Source: Mobula birostris
Lineage: Eukaryota
Length of the DNA: 64,000 bases
Direction of reading: 5' to 3'
Assembly (NCBI RefSeq): GCF_030028105.1
Contig: NC_092371.1
Location: forward strand, 96,065,064 to 96,129,063
Shown here: positions 51,088 through 61,299 of the stretch, in pieces
Position numbering within the stretch: position 1 is the first letter of the stretch
How the letters are laid out: each line of letters opens with the position of its first letter
Notes under the pieces: model-generated
The model's input: only the letters and a program-made list of their open reading frames with translations
What the model was told of the DNA's origin: nothing
Databases searched by the model: none
Position numbers and translations under genes: made by a program

Positions 51088-54000
51088 ATAGAACATACAA
51101 TAGTACAGCACAGCACAGGCCCTTCGGCCCACAATGTTGTGCCGACTCTCAAACCCTGCCTCCCATATGAGACCCCACCTTCAATTCCTCCATATACCTG
51201 TCTAGTAGTCTCTTAAACTTCACTAGTGCCTCTGCCTCCACCACTGACTCAGGCAGTACATTCCACGCACCAACCACTCTCCGAATAAAACACTTCCTCT
51301 AATATCCCCCTTGAGCTTCCCACCCCTTACCTTAAAGCCGTTCTCCTCTTGTATTGAGCAGTGGTGCCCTGGGGAAGAGGCGCTGGCTATCCACTCTATC
51401 TATTCCTGTTATTATCTTGTACACCTCTATCATGTCTCCTCTCATCCTCCTTCTCTCCAAAGAGTAAAGCCCTAGCTCCCTTAATCTCTGATCATAATCC
51501 ATACTCTCTAAACCATTCAGCATCCTGGTAAATCTCCTCTCTACCCTTTCCAATGCGTCTACATGCTTCCTATAGTGAGGCGACCGGAACTGGACACAAT
51601 ACTCCAAGTGTGGCCTAACCAGTTTTATAGAGCTGCATCATTACATCGCAACTCTTAAACTCTATCCCTCGACTTATGAAAGCTAACACACCATAAGCTT
51701 TCCTAACTACCCTATCCACCTGTGAGGTAACTTTCAGGGATCTGTGGACATGTACCCCCAGATCCCTCTGCTCCTCTACACTACCAAGTATCCTGCCATT
51801 TACTTTGTACTCTACCTCGGAGTTTGTCCTTCCAAAGAGCACCACCTCACACTTCTCCGGGTTGAACTGCATCCGCCATTTCTCAGCCCACTTCTGCATC
51901 CTATCAATGTCTCTCTGAAATCTTTGACAATCCTCTACACTATCTACAACACCACCAACCTTTGTGGCGTCTGTAAACTTGCCAATCCGCACCCCTTGTA
52001 CCCCAACATCCAGGTCATTAATAAAAATCACGAAAAGTAGAGGTCCCAGAACAGATCCTTGTGGGACACCACTAGTTACAATCCTCCAATCTGAATGTAC
52101 TCCCTCCACAACGACCCTGCAGGCAAGCCAATTCTGAATCCACCTGGCCAAACTTCCCTGGATCCCATGCCTTCTGACTTTCTGAATAAGCCTACCGTGT
52201 GGAACCTTGTCAAATGCCTTACTAAAATCCATATAGATCACATACACTGCTCTACCCTCATCTATATGCCTGGTCACCTCCTCAAAGAACTCGATCAGGC
52301 TTGTTAGACACGATCTTCCCTTCACAAAGCCATGCTGACTGTCCCTGATCAGACCATGATTCTCTAAATGCCCATAGATCCTATCTCTAAGAATCTTTTC
52401 CAACAGCTTTCCCACCACAGACGTAAGGCTCACTGGTCTATAATTACCCGGACTATCCCTACTACCTTTTTTGAACAAGGGGACAACATTTGCCTCCCTT
52501 CAATCTTCCGGTACCATTCCCGTGGACAACGAGGACATAAAGATCCTAGCCAGAAGCTCAGCAATCTCTTCCCTCGACTCGTGGAGCAGCCTGGGGAATA
52601 TTCCGTCAGGCCCCGGGGACTTATCTGTCCTAATGTATTTTAACAACTCCAACACCTCCTCTCCCTTAATATCAACATGCTCCAGAACATCAACCTCACT
52701 CATATTGTCCTCACCATCATCAAGTTCTCTCTCATTGGTGAATACCGTACAGAAGTATTTAAGGAGGACCTCGCTCACTTCCACAGCCTCCAGGCACAAC
52801 TTCCCACCTTTATCTCTAATCGATCCTACCTTCACTCCTGTCATCCTTTTTTTTTTCTTCACATAATTGAAGAATGCTTTGGGGTTTTCCTTTACCCTAC
52901 TCGCCAAGGCCTTCTCATGCTCCCTTCTTGCTCTTCTCAGCTCTTTCTTAAGCTCCTTTCTTGCTGCCCTATATTCCTCAATAGACCCATCTGATCACTG
53001 TTTCCTAAACCTCATGTATGCTGCCTTCTTCCACCTGACTAGATTTTCTACCTCACTTGTCACCCATGGTTCCTTCACCCTACCATTCTTTATCTTCCTC
53101 ACCGAGATAAATTTATCCCTAACATCCTGCAAGAGATCTCTAAACATCGACCACATGTCTATAGTACATTTCCCTGCAAATACATCATCCCAATTCACAC
53201 CCGCAAGTTGTAGCCTTATAGCCTCATAATTTGCCCTTCCCCAATTAAAAAAATTCCTGTCCTCTCTGATTCTATCCTTTGCCATGATAATGCTAAAGGC
53301 CAGGGAGCGGTGGTCACTGTCCCCCAGATGCTCACCAACTGAGAGATCTGTGACCTGACCCGGTTCATTACCTAGTACTAGATCTAGTATGGCATTCCCC
53401 CTAGTCGGCCTGTCCACATACTGTGACAGGAATCCGTCCTGGACACACTTAACAAACTCTGCCCCGTCTAAACCCTTGGAACTAATCAGGTGCCAATCAA
53501 TATTAGGGAAGTTAAAGTCACCCATGATAACAACCCTGTTATTTTTGCACCTTTCCAATATCTGCCTCCCAATCTGCTCCTCTGTATCTCTGCTGCTACC
53601 AGGGAGCCTATAGAATACCCCCAACAGAGTAACTGCTCCCTTCCTGTTCCTGACTTCCACCCATACTGACTCAAAAGAGGATCCTGCTACATTACCCACT
53701 CTTACTGTAGCTGTAATAGTATCCCTGACAAGTAATGCCACCCCTCCTCCCCTTTTTCCGCCCTCTCTATCCATTTTAAAGCACTGAATCCAGGAATATT
53801 GAGAGTCCATTCCTGCCCTGGTGCCAGCCAAGTCTCTGCTATGGCCACTACATCATAATTCCATGTATGTATCCAAGCTCTCAGTTCATCACCTTTGTTC
53901 CTGATGCTTCCTGCATTGAGGTACACACATTTCAGCCCTTCTACCTTACTGTCTCTACACCGTTTATTCTGCTTCTCTTTCCTCAAAGCCTCTCTATATG

Positions 54001-54397
54001 TCAGATCTGGCTTTCCTCCATGTACTTCTTTCACTGCTCTATCGTTCTGGGTCCCATCCCCCTTGCAAATCACTTTAAACCCTCCTGAACCATGCCAGCA
54101 AAATTACCTGCAAGGATGTTGCTCTCCCTCGAGTTCAGGTGCGACGCATCCAATCTGTACAGGTCCCACCTTCCCCAGAAGAGATCCCAATGATCCAAAA
54201 ATCCAAATCCCTGCTCCCTGCACCAACTCCTCAGCCACGCATTCAACTGCCATCTCCTTCGATTCTTACCGTCACAGTCACGTAGCACTGGCAGCAATCC
54301 TGAGAACACCACCCTTGAGGTCCTGTTCTTCCGCCTTCTGCCTAGTTCCCGAAACTCACACTTCAGGACCTCATCCCTCTTCCTGCCTCTGTCGTTG
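51088..54397 (-). mobile_element. Young CR1 LINE: ORF1 esterase C-terminus, endonuclease and RT
   Basis: Long ORFs 52995-53831 (endonuclease) and 51615-52478 (RT, FTDA/FADD region); esterase DASHLN in 54070-54312; (AGAACAT)n tail at 51088; absent from U2. Confidence 0.95.
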
Positions 54398-55699
54398 GTC
54401 CTATCATATTTTGCTTTGCCTCGTTTTAGGCCTTTAACTTGAGAACTAACCCTGCCTCCTTTTAAACACTCCTTTAAAATCTAATGGAATTATGATGACT
54501 GGCTCCAAACCGCCCCGACCGGTCGCTTGCAAAGTCTCAATTCCCTAGAGGAAGTCGATTCTGATGCTGGGATGGAAATAATGGAGCTCCTAACTAAATT
54601 CCATATTTAGTTTCAGGATACGGTGCTACTGCAGAATTCTCATCGGCTGTTGAAGATTGTTACTCACTGACGGGCAGTGTCGCAGCTTTTCTTTCCATCT
54701 ACCTCGTGTTGTCCTGGCCCTTCCAATATTTATCCCGATATTGTAAGTGAAATGAATTTGTTTTTAACTCAGCATACTCGTATCCTTGGAATCTTTGAAA
54801 AGAAATCGTACAGTAATAAATTATACTATTGCAAACTCGGGGAGATAATAATTTGGGAAAGTAAAGGAGATTTACTCTGTACCTAATACGTGCAGTAACT
54901 TATTCTGTGCCGCATGAAACAGTCACAAAAAAGTACCTCAAGAATCAGATGTAATCTAAATTTCCCTCCGCACAACTTAACTCAGATACGCCCAGGTCAG
55001 AAACGGCGCGATTTAGCTATTGGGAAAATAACCTGAAACGTGGTGCATCGATTACTGCGGAAACATATCGATAAGATAAAGGTCAGGAGGGATGTGTCAG
55101 CCATGAAACCCTATGCAGCAGTTAATGCCTCCAAACAATAGCCCGAATCCTGTAACTTGTCCTTGCAAGATAACTGTAGGATGTTTGCTGCAAATGTAAA
55201 TTTAGCATAATTCAAATCATTAAATGTTCCTTCAGGCTATTTTGATCAATGTTACTGTTACAGTTATCATGTATGTTTTTTCAATGTTCGTAGGGTTTAT
55301 GTCACCTGTACCACAGCAATCTATGGTGAGGCGATACAAAACTCCGCGGAAGCGGGCGTTTCTGTTGTTCATTATCCCAATACATGATAGAAGACTTGCA
55401 ATTTTTCGCTCCATTTGGTAACAACGATGTCCTTATTTCCATTCGAGTTGTGTGCTCAAGGTTTAAATGCAGTTGTTGCTTTCAAATCAATCTCATCCGG
55501 TGTTTCGTTAATGTGCATATAGATGGATTTAAGTTGTAAGCAACCAATCTCAGTGGTCTTTTGTTTGGAAATAATAGACACGTGATGACAGTAGATTACC
55601 CGGAAAGAGTTCTGCCACTTATCTATTGATAGAATAAGTTCACTTACTCGCTTTCTTATGAAAAAACCTGTTGCAATGAGGACTTGAATTTACACAGAA

Positions 55700-56100
55700 A
55701 AACATAGAAACATAGAAAACCTACAGAGTTGTGCCGAACATGTCGCTACCTTAGAATTTACTAGGCTTACCTATAGCCCTCTATGTTACTAAGCTGCATG
55801 TACCTGTTTAAAAGTCTCTTGAAAGACCTTATCGTATCCGCCTCCACCACAGTTGCCGGCAGCCCATTCCACGCACTCACCACTCTTTGAGTAAAAAACT
55901 TACCCCTGGCATCTCCTCTGTACCTGCTTCCCAGCACCTTAAACCTGTGTCCTCTTGTGGCAACCATTTCAGCCCTGGGAAAAAGCCTCTGACTATCCAT
56001 ATAATCAATGCCTCTCATCATCTTGTACACTTCTATCTGGTCACCTCTCATCCTCAGTCGCTCCAATGAGAAAAGCCCGAATTCACTCAACCTATTCTCT
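55700..56100 (-). mobile_element. CR1 3-prime fragment (same subfamily as 2478 and 62150)
   Basis: Tail CATAGAAACATAGAAAACCTAC and the RT C-terminus. Confidence 0.88.
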
Positions 56101-57295
56101 AATTTATAGGATTTGGAACTCGTCCTTCAAATTCTGTGTTGTTTTGTGATATTTAGGTACCTGCTGGTTGTCAGATTCTAATTCTCCTGCCCGACAGGAA
56201 ATATCCCATATCCCAGGTTCGCTCCCCTGGTCTACATACAGCAACACACAAACAAAATTCTGGAAAAGAGGAGCTCAGCATGCCAGGCGTAATCTATTCC
56301 AACTACTCCTTTCAATTTCATTCTGTTAAACTGCGTCTTTTTTATGCTTTGAAAATGACTTTAAAATGTAGAGTTTGTTCTCATATTCTTTAAGGAGTAA
56401 AGAGACCCCTAAAATAGAATAACATCACTCATGGCTTAAATACTTGCTCTAAAACTCATTATCCTGCTAATAGCTCCTGATGTCGCAAACATATATTTTG
56501 TAAGTTTGTTATGTTCGATGGTTTGACTGTTATTAAGAACTCAGAATTATTTCGCTGTTGCCAACTTCTGCCTGAACGATGAGACTTATAGAAATATAGT
56601 ATTCACTTCCAGATTGTCTGCTTGATTCATATAAACACATCATTAGCATTATGTGCAGTGTTATATGACGTGGGCGATCATGGTATTATCCATGACATGA
56701 TGGTTCTTCGCAATTTTTCCCTACAGAAGTGGCTTGACATTAACAACTCCTTGTCAGTATCTTTTCAAGTCGAGTAAACACAGCCATTGTCAAGTCAGAG
56801 ATTGTCTGACTGTCGTCAGTGGTCGCATAACCAGGACTTGTGATATGCACCAGCTGCTCATACGACCATCCACCGCCTGCTCCCCTGCTTCACGTGACAT
56901 TGATCGTAGCACTAAGCAGGTGCGACGCATTACCTTAAGGTTACCTGCGCTTTAGCGGTGGGATGGAGCGCCTCACGTCTCCTTTGGTAGAGACGAATCT
57001 TAACCCCACAGTGCGTTTTCTAAAAATATACAGACAAGTGGCTTGGACTTCATTATCAACCCTACAGATCTGTTAATAATTGCCAATATTGTTTTCTCTT
57101 TATTTGTTGCTTTCGAAAATCTCGGACCAACCATCTTTAATAATGGTGCAAGCATCGCGTATTTTAAATATATTGTTCAACTGAATGGAGAAGAGGACAA
57201 GTTGTTCATCTAAAATACATCGACGAAATACAGAACTCGAAACCAAATACTTACCTGTCTAAAAACTTGAAATTACTTTGACACAGGAAAAAGTT

Positions 57296-57388
57296 GGCAA
57301 CTTGTGATTGGTGTCAATGTGCCATTCTGTTTGCACTGATTTGCATAAATAGGGAACACGCAGTGCCACCTCGTCACAGGATTCATAA
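57296..57388 (+). promoter_or_regulatory. Ig light-chain V promoter, cluster 2
   Basis: GGCAACTTGTGATTGG (ATTGG 57307-57311), octamer ATTTGCAT 57339-57346, CCTCGTCAC (CGTCA 57372-57376), TTCATAA 57382-57388. Collinear with the cluster 1 promoter. Confidence 0.85.
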
Positions 57389-57455
57389 GCGAGCTGAAAA
57401 GTTGAGACGCCACTTAACCGCAGCACCTTCCGTGAGCTTCACTCTATTAACTACA

Positions 57456-57504
57456 ATGTCTTGGTGGGTTCGTGTGGTCAGTACGCTGGTGGTTACTGCA
57501 ATTT
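57456..57504 (+). pseudogene. Ig light-chain leader exon, cluster 2
   Basis: MSWWVRVVSTLVVTAI plus 1 nt, donor GTGAAT at 57505. Homologous to leader 1. Confidence 0.88.
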
Positions 57505-57628
57505 GTGAATATTTTCTATGGACATTATATTGAATCTCTAATACCATTCAATGATATTCTTCTCGCACTTCTGGTATTACCGGAATATTAATCTCGGTAC
57601 ATTGTTTCTTCCCTCTGAACTTTTCCAG

Positions 57629-57975
57629 ATATCAACGCGGAAGTTGCATTGAATCAGCCACCTTCGAAATCCACATCCCCGGGGCAGACGTGCAAATACC
57701 CTGCACCTTGTCTGGAACCTCTTTAGGAAGTAGCAATATTTACTGGTACCAGCAGGTTCCCGGAAAAGTTCCTCGGTTTCTGTTCTACTATTGGTCGGGG
57801 AGCAGCATTTACCGAGGCTCCGGAGTTCCGAACCGTTTCGGCGGCTCAGTATCAGGCAACACGGCAATATTGACAATATCGAGCGTCCAGTCGAAGGATG
57901 CGGTAGACTATTACTGTAATGCGTGGAAATCAAATGTTTACATCTTCGGCAAAGGAACGAGGCTGGCAATTGGTA
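57629..57975 (+). pseudogene. Germline-joined VJ exon, cluster 2, with 1-nt deletion in FR1
   Basis: Acceptor TTCCAG ends 57628; frame YINA-EVALNQPPSKSTSPGQ. At 57688-57689 only AC remains where V1 has AAC, so the leader frame stops at TAG 57724-57726. The shifted frame gives VQIPC...WYQQ...DYYC-NAWKSNVYI-FGKGTRLAIG; donor GTAAGT at 57976. Confidence 0.9.
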
Positions 57976-58116
57976 GTAAGTAAAATATCAATTCAATGCG
58001 CATGGCTTCCTGGTACTTAAGTGAACAATATTTAATTTTTTTGTCGTCTAATTGTGGCTTCGAAGCAAACGCTTTTAAAGGCGGTATTTTTCAGATATCC
58101 AACCACGATTAACGGT

Positions 58117-58381
58117 GTGCGTGTATGTGCGCGCGCCATTAACTCCTGCTGGAGTCGTCGGAGCACCGTAATGACAAGCTTTTTGCACAGATCTTTTTGG
58201 TATGCTCATCGTACGGCGTGTCATGGGCAGCTGAAACCTGGCGGAACCCATCCCTCTCCAATTTTTGTTTTTACGAGGTCGATTTGTTCGCTCGACACTC
58301 AACCCAGGCACGGATGGAGAGAACGCAAGGGAGGTGACCGCATTCGAACTCGTGACTTCTCGCCCCGAAGTCCAGCGCTGA
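58117..58381 (-). mobile_element. Short retroposon with B-box-like head, flanked by an approximately 60-bp direct repeat
   Basis: GAGTTCGAATGC on the minus strand near 58345; direct repeats at 58053-58116 and 58382-58441. Confidence 0.65.
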
Positions 58382-60423
58382 TGTGGCTTCGAAACAAATG
58401 CTTTTAAAGGCGGTTAAAGATATCCAACCACGATTAACGGTCCTTTGGCAATTTAGTTGAACTCGCGCGCCCGGATATTTCTTTTCATATTCATGTTGAC
58501 TTAGTACAAGATGAAATAATATTTGCCAAGCCAGGTTAAGAATATTCCGATCGTTTTTAAATGAGTATAATCCTGAAATCCCGAATTTAAATTGCATCTA
58601 TGATTTTATCGGTGGAAGCATCTTTGCTGATGCACCACTTTGTGTTGATGCCCGTCAGACCCATAAGATAATGGCTAGACACTGATCACTGGACCCTAGA
58701 GCATTCTTAAAAATAATGAACTTGCATAGTTAATGAGAGATAGATGGCCAAAGCGAATGGTTCCAATAAAATAACCCATAATATTGCGAAAATCTCGATG
58801 GTGTCTAGCTGTTGTCCGTCGCGCTATAAACATTTTAACCAATCATTTAGACAGCCTTTATTAATGACGAGCAAAGGATTGAAACTTCTGCAACAATTCA
58901 TATAACTTGATGATGTTTTCCCTGATGTGGTCCTTGGTGTCGCGATGGAAGGCGCAAATGAAAAAGACTAACAAAATTTGAATCCTGTTTGCAGAGGGTT
59001 CGACACCCTCGCATGGTATTTTTGGGTTCCTTATGTTTTCCTAAAAATAACAGAACTAGTGCTATATTTTCCACCTGACACGTTGGTGATGATATACACG
59101 GCAGTGAATGGGAACTCTTTAAATGCCCGGAAAAAAAAAACAGAATGCAAACAACAGCGGATTAATTAGTCCATCAGTTCTAGGGAGAGTTTTCAGATGT
59201 TTTCAGCACAGCCAAGAAGGGCCAAAAGGCCTGTTTCTGTGCTGTAGTTTTTCTATGGTTTCTATGGTTCTATGTCACTGAGAAGCCTAACTGTTAGGCT
59301 AATCATTGTCCAATTTTATACTTAAAAGCTTTTTAACGGCAGTTTGAACAGTTAAATATTTGTATTAATCTGCAAAGGGATGTTAAAATATTCCTCGACT
59401 CTTTTGCTGTATAGAATACAAATTGAACTTGAATGAATTCTGAAACACTCGCGCCATATAAGACCATAATGGGCTTCGAAGAGAGGCACGTAGATATTAC
59501 AATGAAAATTCTCAATTTTCATTAGCCGACGCCCTTTAGTATTTTATGCTTTCAACTGTTGGTATTATTTCTCTCTTACTTTGGAACGCCAATGTATCCA
59601 AACATTTTTTTTTACCAATTTTAATATTGAAAATCTTTTGTAGTTTAAAATCGTGATGCATTTGGGTCACCGTATGGAAATAAACCTCCAATAACCTTAT
59701 CGCAGGATTTCGAGACATGCGTGGCTCAATGACCGCAGACCTATATTGCCTAGATTCAAGGCCTTGTGCTTTGGTGCTTGATAAGGTCAACCATGCCCAA
59801 CAGGTCAAAGGGTAGAGGCCAGGCTATGAGTGGTTCAGCGGACATCCGAAATCGGGGGTTACGTTCAGAGCCCTCAACCCTGACTGGTCAAAGTTTGTTA
59901 CGGAAACAGCAATAAAGAATCCTTCTCTATCTGTGGGCGACGGTTTTTACAGGCAGATTGAGGACTTCCATTGTTGTGCTAAACGATACAGGCATAACGG
60001 GTAGTAAGTTAGTGATGCCATCATTACATCTTTCATTGCACCAAAAATTGAATCACGGAACAGCGAGTGTTTCAAATTTACACGATAAATACGAAAGTGA
60101 ACCGCGGTGAGCAGTAGCTCTGAACCATATCAGATGAATTGGGGGTTATTCTCTCTTCTTGCCACCTCGGCCGTGAACATCGTAAGAAACTGGTTTTCTC
60201 AGCGGTGAGTGCAAGGTGGAAAATCCGCTGCACTCTACAATCTAGATTTGAATTATTTACTTCAAGTGGAAAAAAATAATATTTTGGAAACAAAGCATGC
60301 AATTTTCAACATTAATGTTAAACTTTCCTGAAGTGATTTTAAATACAAGCAGTCTGTAAATCTAATGTTGCCGCAAATCGAACTCTGTATTCCGATAGTT
60401 TACATACTTAAAATATACTAATC

Positions 60424-60506
60424 CCGGTGTTCCCACTCTAGGGTCTGTAGTCCCCTCTGCAAGTGGTAAGGGTCCGTGGCATTAAAAAAAAGGTTGAGAA
60501 TCATTG
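60424..60506. mobile_element. Degenerate hAT-type MITE
   Basis: Imperfect terminal inverted repeats CCGGTGTTCCCAC...GGTTGAGAATCATTG, resembling CAGGGGTTCCCAACC ends. Confidence 0.5.
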
Positions 60507-60974
60507 TACTAATCCCTGATTATAAGCAAAACATGAATAGACTTCTGTATCTTGACTTGATGAATGAACAGTTGAATCAAGTGAAGATGTCTAAGGTAGA
60601 AGTAGGGACGGTGGAGGTTTAGGTGCCAATGGAAGTCACAATTATCAGTCAGGTATAACCTCGGATTTTTATTCAACCTGAATCCAATGGATGTAATTCT
60701 TGGAAGACCGCTTAAAACCCGTGCGAAATCATGGATTTTTCGCCACTGCACACATTATGCCCCAGTCTCAGAAAGAACAATTATTCATGGAAGATTTCAC
60801 CTGGCAATTTTTTCACGTCCAATTTAACCGATTGCAACGGGTAAACGGAAAAAGGAATATTCATTCATTAAGATGAATGGATACGTGCAATGCCAAACGC
60901 ACTTTCAACAAACGTGATGTTTTAACTGAAACAGTTTCTCAACCTGTTCTAAACTGGGACCTTATTTTACACAG

Positions 60975-61280
60975 ATCCTCGGGCTCCCGCCATCTCCGTT
61001 CTCCGACCTTCCCCGGAAGAAATCACGGGAAAAGGCACAGCGACGCTGGTGTGTTTGGTGAGCCGTTTTAATCCGGGCGCAGTGGATATTGAATGGACCA
61101 TGGATGGTCGTCCGAGGAGGAATGGCGTGGAGACGAGCCCTGTCCAGCAGGAAACGGACAACACGTTCAGTGTGAGCAGTTACCTGACTCTGCCAGCCTC
61201 AGAATGGAACATAAACACGAGCTTTACTCCTGTGTGGTTAAACACGAGAGTCAAGGAAACCCATTTGAAGAAACGATCGC
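60975..61280 (+). pseudogene. Ig light-chain constant exon, cluster 2, frameshifted and 3-prime disrupted
   Basis: Acceptor ACACAG ends 60974; NPRAPAISVLRPSPEEITGKGTATLVCLV...SSYLTLPASEWN. Two extra nt at about 61211-61212 shift the frame before the second Cys. The normal RSSCI-stop terminus is replaced by GCAGATTTCCTCGTGTTTGCG and CR1 sequence. Confidence 0.9.
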
Positions 61281-61299
61281 AGATTTCCTCGTGTTTGCG

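Larger units (their letters stand above)
45778..57005. repeat. Segmental duplicate unit U3 (contains C pseudo-exon B)
   Basis: Directly follows U2 head-to-tail; expanded by Rex1-like, RTE-like and CR1 insertions. Confidence 0.85.

Noticed and set aside
57008-57050. CACAGTG heptamer that could mark a minus-strand J for the orphan C exons
   Set aside because: No ACAAAAACC-like nonamer at 12 or 23 nt, no FGxG in the adjacent sequence, and that sequence is the end of a repeat shared with 45560-45735.
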